Of a DNA stretch of 64,000 nt, positions 1 to 8,579 are shown one piece after another. Each line of letters opens with the position of its first letter. The stretch's first letter is position 1. Origin of the DNA: a virus; IMG/VR virus record IMGVR_UViG_3300040770_000293, positions 20,449 through 84,448 of that record. One strand, given 5' to 3'. The notes under the pieces were generated by a model that had not been told where the DNA came from, did no database searches, and saw only the letters and a program-made list of their open reading frames with translations. Both the position numbers and the translations under genes were made by a program.

Positions 1-103
1 CTAGGAGAGCTTTCAATAGGCGTGTAGATAGAAATGGAGTTAAGCAAAAATTCCTAGGTAAGAAAAATATATTTAAAAATAAATAAATTAAAAACCAATA
101 AAT

Positions 104-532
104 ATGAATAAATATTTCGATTGTTCTGTAAAATTTAGAAAAACAGACGAGCAAGGAGTTAACAAAGTAGTGACAGAAAGTTACATAGTTAGTGCTTTAT
201 CATTTAGTGAAGCAGAAAGCAATATTAATGAACAAATGAAGATTTATGTAGGAGAAGATTTTAAAGTAGTAAATATTAAACTCACCAACTATTCAGAGAT
301 TACTGCTTTTGAAGATACTGATAAGTGGTTTAAGTCGAAAGTTTCACTACTGTTTTTTGACGAAGATTCTGGAAAGGAAAAAAGACAAAATGTATATATA
401 CTAGTTCAAGCAAACAACGCTAAACAAGCCTATGAAAATACTGTTATTACTATGAAAGGAACAATGGATTTTTCTATTCCCTCCGTTTCTGAAACAAAAA
501 TCGTTGAAGTTTTTCAGCACTTAGTAGAATAA
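104..532 (+). CDS. DUF4494-like protein (Bacteroidota/phage)
   Basis: Two-repeat pattern YFDCSVKF...TESYIVSALSFSEAE / WFKSKVSL...ILVQA recognised as DUF4494-like. Confidence 0.75.
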   Translation: MNKYFDCSVKFRKTDEQGVNKVVTESYIVSALSFSEAESNINEQMKIYVGEDFKVVNIKLTNYSEITAFEDTDKWFKSKVSLLFFDEDSGKEKRQNVYILVQANNAKQAYENTVITMKGTMDFSIPSVSETKIVEVFQHLVE

Positions 533-539
533 AAATATA

Positions 540-690
540 AACCTTGTACTATGTAACGACACGTGAAATTAATATCGACATATACTGCCTGAAAGGTCAG
601 GCTACAAGGTTTTAAGAAACGAGGCTGTTTTCATTTGAATAACAGCACGCTACCTCGGACTATGATATAGTGACCGCACAATCGCGGTAA
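540..690 (+). ncRNA. Candidate structured RNA, 5' of HNH gene
   Basis: Stems 540-548/603-611, 550-554/578-582, 587-592/597-602, 620-624/653-657, 624-629/641-646, 659-663/667-671, 673-677/684-688; GC-rich for an intergenic region. Confidence 0.55.
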
Positions 691-701
691 ATTTTTAAAA
701 T

Positions 702-1196
702 ATGAGTAAAAGCAATGAAGCCTTATTACAGGCATACAAATTAGGATATAGGATAAGTACATGTGGTGTAAAACTACAAACCCCATTTAATTTAATAGAA
801 TTAAGAATACTAAATAATGATGGGTATCCAATATTCTCAACTAGGGTGTTTGGAGAACCTTTCCCGATATCTTGGCACAGATTACAAGCCTATCAAAAGT
901 ATGGAGAAAGAATATTTGAAAAAAATACAGTTGTAAGACATAAAAATAACATAAAAACAGATTGTAGTTGGGACAATATTTTAATAGGTACTCAAAAAGA
1001 AAATGTAAATGACAATCCAGCAGAAAAAAGATTAAAATACTCTTTAAATGCTACAGATAAATGGAGAAAGTACAACGCTACTGAAGTAAAAGATTTTTAC
1101 AAAAATTGCAAAAGCTATAAACAAACAATGGAAAACTTTGAAATATCCTCTAAAGGGACTTTACACTTTATACTAAACAATGCAAAATATAGTTAA
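702..1196 (+). CDS. HNH homing endonuclease
   Basis: WHRLQA...VVRHKNNIKTDCSWDNILIGTQKEN beta-beta-alpha-metal motif. Confidence 0.85.
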   Translation: MSKSNEALLQAYKLGYRISTCGVKLQTPFNLIELRILNNDGYPIFSTRVFGEPFPISWHRLQAYQKYGERIFEKNTVVRHKNNIKTDCSWDNILIGTQKENVNDNPAEKRLKYSLNATDKWRKYNATEVKDFYKNCKSYKQTMENFEISSKGTLHFILNNAKYS

Positions 1197-1385
1197 AACA
1201 GTCTTATATCTCAGCAAAAGAGGTGTCAACCTAGTGATTGACAAGAGAAGCTGTCTTGTAAGTTGTATTTTAAAGAAACAGATAAACCCAATCGTGAGGG
1301 GTTTTATAGAGGACAAAGCGAATAAGTCGGATATACTATTTTAGGAGAGGTAATTTAAAGAGTTATAAAATCTTCTGTTTCTTTA
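1197..1385 (+). ncRNA. Candidate structured RNA, 3' of HNH gene
   Basis: Multi-stem junction 1198-1254; 11-bp long-range stem 1272-1282/1374-1384 enclosing hairpin 1284-1289/1299-1304. Confidence 0.5.
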
Positions 1386-1392
1386 TTTTTTA

Positions 1393-1424
1393 TTTGCGGA
1401 ATTAAAATTAATATTATATATTTG
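1393..1424 (+). promoter_or_regulatory. Bacteroidota sigma-A-type promoter
   Basis: TTTG-N20-TATATTTG. Confidence 0.8.
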
Positions 1425-1444
1425 CACAACAAAAACTTAAAACT

Positions 1445-1663
1445 ATGACAACAACAGAATTCTTATTCAGTTTTACATTTGTATTTGGAGTAATATACTT
1501 ACTATCACATACAACACTATTTACAAAAAGTTTAGAGACTTTTACAGAAGCCTTTACTATTAAAACTCCTACATGGTTAAAGTTTGTTGGTTATTGGGGA
1601 GTCTATGTATCTCTTTTTTATCAATCTTTATTTTGGGCTAAATATTTTAACATTTTAAATTAA
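1445..1663 (+). CDS. Hypothetical membrane protein
   Basis: Two hydrophobic segments; first gene after promoter. Confidence 0.65.
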   Translation: MTTTEFLFSFTFVFGVIYLLSHTTLFTKSLETFTEAFTIKTPTWLKFVGYWGVYVSLFYQSLFWAKYFNILN

Positions 1664-1668
1664 ACATT

Positions 1669-1998
1669 ATGAATAAAGTTTTCACACAAAAAAGTAAAAT
1701 AGAGTTAGACCTTAATTGGGATTTAACCTCAGATGGGGATTATGGATTAGTCCTAACTTTCTCAGAGACAAGACAAAGAGATAAAACCGTAAAAGAAAAC
1801 GGCAAAACAATTAAAACAGGAGAAAAAGAAGACTACTTATATGAAAGTAAAACATACCATACAAGAGTAGCGCAAGCTTTAAGATACTATGTAGAAAAAT
1901 CCTTAAATAAGTGTAAAACTTTAGAAGAGATAATTAGTAAGGAAGATAAACTATTAAGTATTATAGAAGATTTAGATAGAAATTTTAAACAATTTTAA
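1669..1998 (+). CDS. Hypothetical protein
   Basis: ORF in tightly packed operon. Confidence 0.7.
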   Translation: MNKVFTQKSKIELDLNWDLTSDGDYGLVLTFSETRQRDKTVKENGKTIKTGEKEDYLYESKTYHTRVAQALRYYVEKSLNKCKTLEEIISKEDKLLSIIEDLDRNFKQF

Positions 1999-2000
1999 TT

Positions 2001-2207
2001 ATGACATTAGGAGATTTAGTATTAGGTATTATTATGATTGCGATATTAATAGAAGCTTTTATAAACATTAAAAAGTTAGGTTTTGAAAAATATTCAATAG
2101 GTAGAAGTTTTTCATATTGGATGATATTTTGTGGTAAACTTGTATTCTTAATTATTGCACTTGTTTACTTTTTAGATAAAATAAATTGGAACTATAAAAT
2201 ATTTTAA
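2001..2207 (+). CDS. Hypothetical membrane protein
   Basis: Two hydrophobic segments; TAATTATG junction. Confidence 0.65.
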   Translation: MTLGDLVLGIIMIAILIEAFINIKKLGFEKYSIGRSFSYWMIFCGKLVFLIIALVYFLDKINWNYKIF

Positions 2208-2209
2208 TT

Positions 2210-2449
2210 ATGATAATAGCAATTTTAATATTATTTTACATTGGTTCTATTTTTCTTTGCCGATATGCTTTTAGAATGCAATATATTTGGCATGATTGGC
2301 TTAAAAAAGATGTAAAATTAAATATACTGTGGTTTATTCCTTTTGGTAATTTTATTGTAGGTATTTTATTTTTAATCGTTGGGTACCCTTTTAAAAAAAT
2401 AAGTTTTACAAATAAATTTTTAAGATGGTTTAGTAATCAAGATTTATAA
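2210..2449 (+). CDS. Hypothetical membrane protein
   Basis: Hydrophobic segments; TAATTATG junction. Confidence 0.65.
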   Translation: MIIAILILFYIGSIFLCRYAFRMQYIWHDWLKKDVKLNILWFIPFGNFIVGILFLIVGYPFKKISFTNKFLRWFSNQDL

Positions 2450-2534
2450 AAAAATTAGACATACTTTAATTTAAAAACTAAAGTATAATCTATTTTATAA
2501 TTCAATATAAATATTGTACTTTTACAAAACATTA

Positions 2535-2603
2535 TATAAGAGGTTGTCCGAGACACCTGAATTACAGTAGACTTTAACGAGTGCTGAGAGTTCAAATAAA
2601 TAC
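2535..2603 (+). ncRNA. Candidate structured leader/sRNA upstream of nrdB
   Basis: Hairpin 2541-2558; nested stems 2558-2563/2589-2594 and 2565-2569/2582-2586, directly followed by a terminator. Confidence 0.4.
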
Positions 2604-2637
2604 AAATCCTCAACGTTAATTCGTTGAGGATTTTTTT
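2604..2637 (+). terminator. Intrinsic terminator
   Basis: 12-bp stem AAATCCTCAACG/CGTTGAGGATTT with T-tract. Confidence 0.85.
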
Positions 2638-2643
2638 ACCACC

Positions 2644-2766
2644 AAAAATATATGAAAAGATTAAAGAGCTCACATAAAAGAAGTAGCAAATATTTGGAAG
2701 GATAAGATAACAGACCAAGTTTATCAAGCATTAATAAATTACGAAGTAGACATAACAAATTTATAA
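2644..2766 (+). pseudogene. C-terminal remnant of an HNH endonuclease
   Basis: Reads HIKEVANIWKDKITDQVYQALINYEVDIT; 2716-2750 is identical (35 nt) to 27192-27226 in the intact HNH gene; frameshifted, no start. Confidence 0.8.
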
Positions 2767-2785
2767 CTATAAAACAATTAAATAA

Positions 2786-3769
2786 ATGAGTATTTTTGAC
2801 AAGAGGGTTGCAGTTAAGCCCTATGAGTATCCAGAATTACTACACTACATGAACGCCATTCGAGGCACTATATGGTATGTAGATGAATTCAGAGAAAGAT
2901 TAGATAGAGATGTAAGCGATTATCACAATGTATTAACTGATAAAGAACGAGGAGTTATAAAAAGAGCCTTATTAGCTATCTCTCAAATTGAGGTTTCTGT
3001 TAAAACTTTTTGGGGTAAAGTTGGTGATAATTTACCTAAACCAGAAGTTTATATGGTAGGATACACCTTTGCTATGAATGAAATTATTCACCAAGAAGCT
3101 TATAGTGAGCTACTTACGAGATTAGGTTTAGAAAATGAGTTTGCAAAAGCTTTAAAAGAACCTGTTATAGAAGGAAGGGTAGAATACCTTACAAAGTATA
3201 TAAAAGGAGCTTCTGAGAACAAAAGGGAAAATTATGTATTAAATTTATTATTGTTTAGTTCTTTTATAGAGTCGTGTTCTTTATTTAGTCAGTTCTATAT
3301 TGTTAAATCTTTTTGCCAAAAAAGACAGAAACTTAAAACTATCGACAATATCATCATGGCTACAGCTAAAGAAGAAGATGTGCATTTTCAGTTTGGTGTG
3401 GCTCTTATCAACATTATTAAGAAAGAATACCCTGAATGGTTTAATGAAGATTTCTATAATAAGATTAGAAGAGCATGTAAAAAAGCTTATGATGCAGAAT
3501 TAAAGATTATAGATTGGATATTTGATGGCGAAGACTTAGATTTTATATCTAAAAATGATGTAGAGTTGTTTATTCAAGACCGCTTTAATAAAGCTTTAAA
3601 TGCTATAGGTATAGAAAGTATGTTTGAAATAGATGTAAATCAATTAGGTGAATCTACAAAATGGTTTGAAGAAGAAAGAATTTTAGATGTAAGAGTAGAT
3701 TTTTTTGATGTACAATCTCCAAATTATACAATAGGTCAGCAAGATATTTCGGCTGATTCGTTGTTTTAA
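2786..3769 (+). CDS. nrdB: Ribonucleotide reductase class I beta subunit (class Id-like)
   Basis: Ferritin-like ligands QIEVSVK, NEIIHQEAY, IESCSLF, EEDVH. Confidence 0.95.
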   Translation: MSIFDKRVAVKPYEYPELLHYMNAIRGTIWYVDEFRERLDRDVSDYHNVLTDKERGVIKRALLAISQIEVSVKTFWGKVGDNLPKPEVYMVGYTFAMNEIIHQEAYSELLTRLGLENEFAKALKEPVIEGRVEYLTKYIKGASENKRENYVLNLLLFSSFIESCSLFSQFYIVKSFCQKRQKLKTIDNIIMATAKEEDVHFQFGVALINIIKKEYPEWFNEDFYNKIRRACKKAYDAELKIIDWIFDGEDLDFISKNDVELFIQDRFNKALNAIGIESMFEIDVNQLGESTKWFEEERILDVRVDFFDVQSPNYTIGQQDISADSLF

Positions 3770-3784
3770 AAATTAATAATAAAA

Positions 3785-5443
3785 ATGAAAAAAGAATTTG
3801 AAAAGTGGTATTGGTTAAATGAACAAAGTAAATTATTCTTACAAAACGGGTACATAAAAGGAGACGAAATAGAGCACTTTAAAAAAATAGGGGATAAAGC
3901 AGAGGGTATTTTAGATAAAAAAGGTTATTCTGAAAAGTTTTTAGACTATTTATCAAGAGGTTGGTTTTTACTTCCTACGCCAGGTATAACTAATTATTTA
4001 GATAAAAAAGAAAGTGCGATTTCCTGTTTTGGGAGCTATGCAGAGGACTCTGTAGAAGGGCTATTATTTACAGACGCTGAAGTTGGAATGCTGTCAAAAA
4101 TTGGAGGAGGGACTTCAGGAGATCTTTCTGCCATTAGAAAAGAAGGTGCACCAATAACGGGCGGAGGTTTTGCTGATGGAGTTATGAGATATGTAAAAAG
4201 ACTTCAAGATACGACTAGTTGGATTAGTCAAAGAAGTAGAAGAGGTAAGTTTGCAGCTTATTTAGATGTTGAACACCCAGACATTGATAAGTTTTTGACT
4301 ATTAAAGATAAAACTTCTGATATACATGAAGTGCCTTTTGCAGTAAAAATAGGAGATGAATGGATAAGACAGTTAAAAGAAGGAGATATTGATAAAAGGA
4401 ATATTTGGGCTAAAATAATTAAGAAGAAGTTTGAGACAGGGTTTCCTTATATAATGTTTAAAGACAATGTTAATAACAACAGACCTGATATTTACAAAGA
4501 ATTAGGTAAGTATGTAAATAACAGTAATTTATGTACTGAGATACTTTTAAATAATGATCATAAAAACACTTTTGTCTGTTGTATTGGAGCTATGAATCTA
4601 GTACACTTTGATGAGTGGAAAGATACAGATGCTGTAGAAGTTTTACTTAATCTTTTAGATACTTTTTTATTAGATTTTATAGCTAAAAATGAAGACAATC
4701 CTTTAATGCAACGAACTGTTAGATTTGCAAAGGATCAAATGGCAGTTGGTATTGGAGCTAGTGGATACCACTCTTACTTACAGATGAATATGATTCCTTT
4801 AGAAAGTATGGAAGCTAAGTTTAAAAATACAGAGATATTTGGTAAGCTTAGAGAGATGTCTTATAAAGCTTCTGAAAAGATGGCTTTGGAATATGGGAAA
4901 GCTCCTATGTTAAAAGATGATAAATACAAGAGAAGACATGTCACTTTAAATGCTATTGCTCCTAACACTTCAAGTAGTGAAATTGTTGGACAATGGTCTC
5001 AAAGTATAGAGCCCGTTTATAGTAACTACTTTATTAAGGCTTTAGCTAAATCAAAACACTCTCAAAAAAATGTATTCTTAGAAGAGTTATTAAAAAGTAA
5101 AGGTAAAAACACAGAACATGTTTGGGAAAGTATTAAGAACAATAATGGTTCAGTTCAACACTTAAGTTTTTTAACTGATATAGAAAGATCTGTTTTTAAA
5201 ACTTTTCCTGAAGTAAGTCCTATGGAACTTTTAATACAAAATGCCACTAGAACAAAGTTTATTGACCAAGGTATTTCATTTAATACTATGATTCCTTTTG
5301 GTACATCTGCTAAAGAAGTTAGTGATTACTACTTAAAAGCACATGAAATGGGTGTAAAAACTTTGTATTATCAATTGAATCAGAATGCGGCTCAAAACTT
5401 TACAAGAAAGTCAATACTAGAATGTGACAGTTGTGCTGGATAA
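3785..5443 (+). CDS. nrdA: Ribonucleotide reductase class I alpha subunit, no ATP cone
   Basis: ISCF, SNLCTEI, IAPNTSSS, DQGISFN, KTLYY and C-terminal CDSC motifs; only 552 aa. Confidence 0.95.
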   Translation: MKKEFEKWYWLNEQSKLFLQNGYIKGDEIEHFKKIGDKAEGILDKKGYSEKFLDYLSRGWFLLPTPGITNYLDKKESAISCFGSYAEDSVEGLLFTDAEVGMLSKIGGGTSGDLSAIRKEGAPITGGGFADGVMRYVKRLQDTTSWISQRSRRGKFAAYLDVEHPDIDKFLTIKDKTSDIHEVPFAVKIGDEWIRQLKEGDIDKRNIWAKIIKKKFETGFPYIMFKDNVNNNRPDIYKELGKYVNNSNLCTEILLNNDHKNTFVCCIGAMNLVHFDEWKDTDAVEVLLNLLDTFLLDFIAKNEDNPLMQRTVRFAKDQMAVGIGASGYHSYLQMNMIPLESMEAKFKNTEIFGKLREMSYKASEKMALEYGKAPMLKDDKYKRRHVTLNAIAPNTSSSEIVGQWSQSIEPVYSNYFIKALAKSKHSQKNVFLEELLKSKGKNTEHVWESIKNNNGSVQHLSFLTDIERSVFKTFPEVSPMELLIQNATRTKFIDQGISFNTMIPFGTSAKEVSDYYLKAHEMGVKTLYYQLNQNAAQNFTRKSILECDSCAG

Positions 5444-5467
5444 ATTATACAAATAAACAACAAGACT

Positions 5468-5496
5468 AAGACTCACCTAAAAAGTGGGTCTTTTTT
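5468..5496 (+). terminator. Intrinsic terminator after nrdA
   Basis: AAGACTCAC/GTGGGTCTT stem with T-tract. Confidence 0.8.
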
Positions 5497-5500
5497 ATTT

Positions 5501-5550
5501 TTATTAAGTTTTTCTTGCGGGAATGGAAAATAATACATATATTTGTAAAA
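5501..5550 (+). promoter_or_regulatory. Promoter cassette copy 1 (50-bp repeat)
   Basis: CTTG-N20-TATATTTG; near-identical to 15541-15590 and 20289-20338. Confidence 0.85.
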
Positions 5551-5571
5551 GAAATTTAAAACAATAACACT

Positions 5572-5859
5572 ATGAAGAATATATTTTTATTACCAACAGA
5601 TAAACCGAGTAAGTTATTTATAGACGTAGATAACAATAAATTAACTATAACTGATAGACCTATTGGTGGTGAGCATTTTAAAAACCAAAACATTTATATT
5701 ACTTCTGATGAAGAAATTAAGACAGGAGACTGGTATAAGTCTGGTAAGTATATTTGGAAAATGAGATACTTTAAGTGGGGTAAAGACTCTTGGGATACTT
5801 ACGAAGAATCTGAAATAACTTGTTTAAATAAATTAATAGAAATAGTAAAAAATAAATGA
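5572..5859 (+). CDS. Hypothetical protein, possibly chimeric
   Basis: MKNIFLLPTDKPSKL...QNIYITSDEEIK start typical of flavobacterial phage ORFs. Confidence 0.65.
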   Translation: MKNIFLLPTDKPSKLFIDVDNNKLTITDRPIGGEHFKNQNIYITSDEEIKTGDWYKSGKYIWKMRYFKWGKDSWDTYEESEITCLNKLIEIVKNK

Positions 5860-6053
5860 AACGGGTAGTATTTGAGATACATCCTTTGTATCGTTGTTTA
5901 GGAGATAAGTATGAGTTACCTGAGTTTTATATTGTTAAATCAGTTTATTATTTTAATTTTTTATTTCGTCGAAAAACAATAGGACAAGACTTAATTAACA
6001 CACCATTCCAAGACATAGAAAGTGTTGAAGAATATTTAAAAATGATATTATGA
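5856..6053 (+). CDS. Hypothetical protein
   Basis: ATGA overlap with previous gene. Confidence 0.6.
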   Translation: MKRVVFEIHPLYRCLGDKYELPEFYIVKSVYYFNFLFRRKTIGQDLINTPFQDIESVEEYLKMIL

Positions 6054-6062
6054 AGATAGCTA

Positions 6063-6236
6063 ATGGAAGATAGAAAAGAAAAAAGAGCCTTTAATTCTGA
6101 AGCGGAAGCTAGAGAGGAATTAGAGAGAATAATAAATACAAACTATAACACATGTAAAGCTGTAAAACCATGTAGATATTATGAGGAAAATGGGTTGTGG
6201 TATTTAACAAGTAAGAAAAAAATAATTATATATTAA
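6063..6236 (+). CDS. Small hypothetical protein (57 aa; not in ORF track)
   Basis: MEDRKEKRAFNSEAEAREEL...KPCRYYEENGLWYLTSKK fills the gap before the ligase. Confidence 0.55.
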   Translation: MEDRKEKRAFNSEAEAREELERIINTNYNTCKAVKPCRYYEENGLWYLTSKKKIIIY

Positions 6237-6241
6237 AAACT

Positions 6242-7504
6242 ATGAAATTAGAAATTAAAGAGGGAAGTAAAAATTACGCTTGCTCAGTAGTAGAGATTAA
6301 AGATTTGTTTCCTATTGAGGGAGCAGATGCGATTGTTAGAACAGTGATAAATGGAAATAATGTTGTCGTACCTAAAACAACACAAGTTGGGTCTAAAATG
6401 CTTTACTTTTGTAGTGGCACAAAATTATCAGCTGATTATTGTAAAATGAATAATTTGTATGATAAAGAAGAAAACAATTTAGATACCACAAAACGTGGTT
6501 TTATAAGTTCTAAGCAGTCTAGAGTTAAAAGTATAAAATTAAGAGGTATTATATCAGATGGTATGTTACTTCCTTTAGATAGTCTATTTTATTTTTTAAA
6601 TAATGTGAGTTGGTTAAAATTAGGAGATGAGTTTACAGATATTGATGGTATTTCTATTTGTGAGAAGTATGTTGTTGCAGTTAGGGAGTCTAGTCAAGGC
6701 GGTCAAAAAACAGTAAAGACAAATAAACTTAAAGACTTAATTTTAGAGTCACAGTTTCGTTTTCACCATGAAACAGAGCATTTTGTAAAGCATCAAGATA
6801 AATTTACACAAGAAACTGAAGTAGTTATAACAAGAAAGTTACATGGTTCTTCTTTAATATTATCTAATGTTTTAATAAATAAACAGTTGGCTTTTAAAGA
6901 AAAAGTTTTTAAGTTTTTTGGTGCGGAAACTCCAACGTCAGAATATGGTATTATATGGTCGAGTGGCAAACCTAGAGGAAGACTTCCTAAAGGGATTGAA
7001 TCTCAAACTAACAAATGGGAAACTCCAAATCCAAGCTACTATACTTCTGATATTTGGGCAAGAGCTTATAAAGAGATTGGACATACAGTAGAAAAAGGAG
7101 TTTCAATATATGCAGAAATAGTAGGTAAAGGTATTCAAGGAGATAAATTTACTTACAATCAAGAGTACGGGATTCATATTTATAGAATCACTCAAACTTC
7201 AATTGATGGTAATGTTATAGAGTTTTCTTGGGAACAAGTAAAAAAATACTGTGAAAAATATGGTTTAAATCATGTTCAAGAGTATTTTATAGGTAAGATT
7301 AAAGAAATGGTTGTAGATGATAGCAGTTTATTAGGCTATTTACAACAAACTTATCTGAACAAAAGTTACAGTGATTGTAAGATTGATGAAGGTATTTGTG
7401 TTAGAATAAGAGAAACTGATGAAATATTTAAATTGAAGTCACCAAATTTTATTAAGATGGAAAGTGATGACCAAGAAAATGAAGTAGAAGAAAAAGAATC
7501 ATAA
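6242..7504 (+). CDS. RNA ligase (Rnl2-like) with N-terminal OB/tRNA-binding-like domain
   Basis: Motif I TRKLHGSS, YAEIVG, EGICVR, FKLKS; N-terminal PIEGADAI...LRGIISDGMLLP. Confidence 0.85.
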   Translation: MKLEIKEGSKNYACSVVEIKDLFPIEGADAIVRTVINGNNVVVPKTTQVGSKMLYFCSGTKLSADYCKMNNLYDKEENNLDTTKRGFISSKQSRVKSIKLRGIISDGMLLPLDSLFYFLNNVSWLKLGDEFTDIDGISICEKYVVAVRESSQGGQKTVKTNKLKDLILESQFRFHHETEHFVKHQDKFTQETEVVITRKLHGSSLILSNVLINKQLAFKEKVFKFFGAETPTSEYGIIWSSGKPRGRLPKGIESQTNKWETPNPSYYTSDIWARAYKEIGHTVEKGVSIYAEIVGKGIQGDKFTYNQEYGIHIYRITQTSIDGNVIEFSWEQVKKYCEKYGLNHVQEYFIGKIKEMVVDDSSLLGYLQQTYLNKSYSDCKIDEGICVRIRETDEIFKLKSPNFIKMESDDQENEVEEKES

Positions 7505-7507
7505 ATT

Positions 7508-8131
7508 ATGAAAGTTAAAATACTAACAAGTTATCCAAAACAAACTTTAGAGATTAATAATATTTTCTTCAGTTCTGATTTACATTTAGATCATCAAGCG
7601 GTTATAGATTTTGGACGCAATTTTCAAAATTTAGAGTGGATGAATAAATACATTACTGATGAAATTAACGCTAAAGTTGGTAAGAATGACTTGTTAGTTT
7701 TATTGGGAGATACAATGATGGCTGAAAAACAATACGCTAGATTTTTAAGTGATATTGTTTGCGAGAATGTAATCATCTTATTTGGTAATCACTGTAACAT
7801 AGGTAAATTAAAAAAGGTAGAAAAGGATTGTCAGTTTGACAAGTTATTGTATATTGGCTATTATTTAGAATTAAATATAGAGGGGCAAATTATATGTTGC
7901 TCTCATTACCCCATGTTTAACTGGAATTATCAAGATGATGGTTCTATTAGTTTACACGGACATCTACATGCAGATGAAAGCGACGTAGTAAAAGAAATCC
8001 ATAAATATAAATCTATGGATGTTGGAATTGATTCTTACTATAATATGTTTGGAGAATACAGTATATTTTCATTTGAACAGGTAAAAGATATTTTAAAAGA
8101 TAAATTAATTATTGGAAGACATGAAAACTAA
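7508..8131 (+). CDS. Calcineurin-like metallophosphoesterase
   Basis: SDLHLDH, LGD, GNH, CSHYP, HGHLH, DVGID. Confidence 0.9.
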   Translation: MKVKILTSYPKQTLEINNIFFSSDLHLDHQAVIDFGRNFQNLEWMNKYITDEINAKVGKNDLLVLLGDTMMAEKQYARFLSDIVCENVIILFGNHCNIGKLKKVEKDCQFDKLLYIGYYLELNIEGQIICCSHYPMFNWNYQDDGSISLHGHLHADESDVVKEIHKYKSMDVGIDSYYNMFGEYSIFSFEQVKDILKDKLIIGRHEN

Positions 8132-8513
8132 AGAATTATATATCCTAAGAGGCTGTCCTGGGGCTGGTAAAAGTACTCTAGCTAAATCTTTAGGTGGAAA
8201 ACACGTTGAAGCAGATATGTATCACATTAATAAAGATGGAATATATAATTGGAAACCTGAAAAAGTTAAAGACGCTCATTCGTGGTGTCAAAACCAAGTA
8301 GGGGAATGGATGGTAAATAAAGAAACTAAGATTATAGTTAGTAATACTTTTACTCAAGAATGGGAAATGCAGTGGTATTATGATTGGGCTGAAAAGTTTG
8401 ATTATAAAGTTTATTCCTTAATTGTTGAAAACAGACATGGTGGAATTAATCAACACAATGTACCTCAAGAAAGTATTGATAAAATGAAAGGTAGATTTGA
8501 AATAAAACTTTAA
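8121..8513 (+). CDS. Polynucleotide kinase-like P-loop protein (AAA_33-like)
   Basis: RGCPGAGKST, IIVSNTFT, HNVPQESIDKM. Confidence 0.85.
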   Translation: MKTKELYILRGCPGAGKSTLAKSLGGKHVEADMYHINKDGIYNWKPEKVKDAHSWCQNQVGEWMVNKETKIIVSNTFTQEWEMQWYYDWAEKFDYKVYSLIVENRHGGINQHNVPQESIDKMKGRFEIKL

Positions 8514-8518
8514 AAATA

Positions 8519-8550
8519 GTTGCACAATCAAAATAAAAGTAATACATTTG
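8519..8550 (+). promoter_or_regulatory. Bacteroidota sigma-A-type promoter
   Basis: GTTG-N20-TACATTTG. Confidence 0.75.
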
Positions 8551-8579
8551 TAAAATAAATTTAATAAAAACCAATAAAG

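Noticed and set aside
1202-1246. Purine riboswitch (GAGGTGTCAACC resembles GAGGGTGTCTACC of pbuE)
   Set aside because: Lacks the L2/L3 kissing loops (ATATGG, CCGTAAA) and the P3 stem.
540-1385. Canonical group I intron, tRNA, tmRNA or RNase P
   Set aside because: GATATAGT at 664-671 resembles the S element, but no matching P7 partner or flanking split exon was found; no cloverleaf or conserved RNase P/tmRNA ends.
2493-2520. NrdR box upstream of nrdB
   Set aside because: CAATA-N4-TATTG spacing does not fit the NrdR consensus.
2455-2727. Minus-strand 90-aa ORF
   Set aside because: Antisense to the structured leader, terminator and HNH remnant; no family features.
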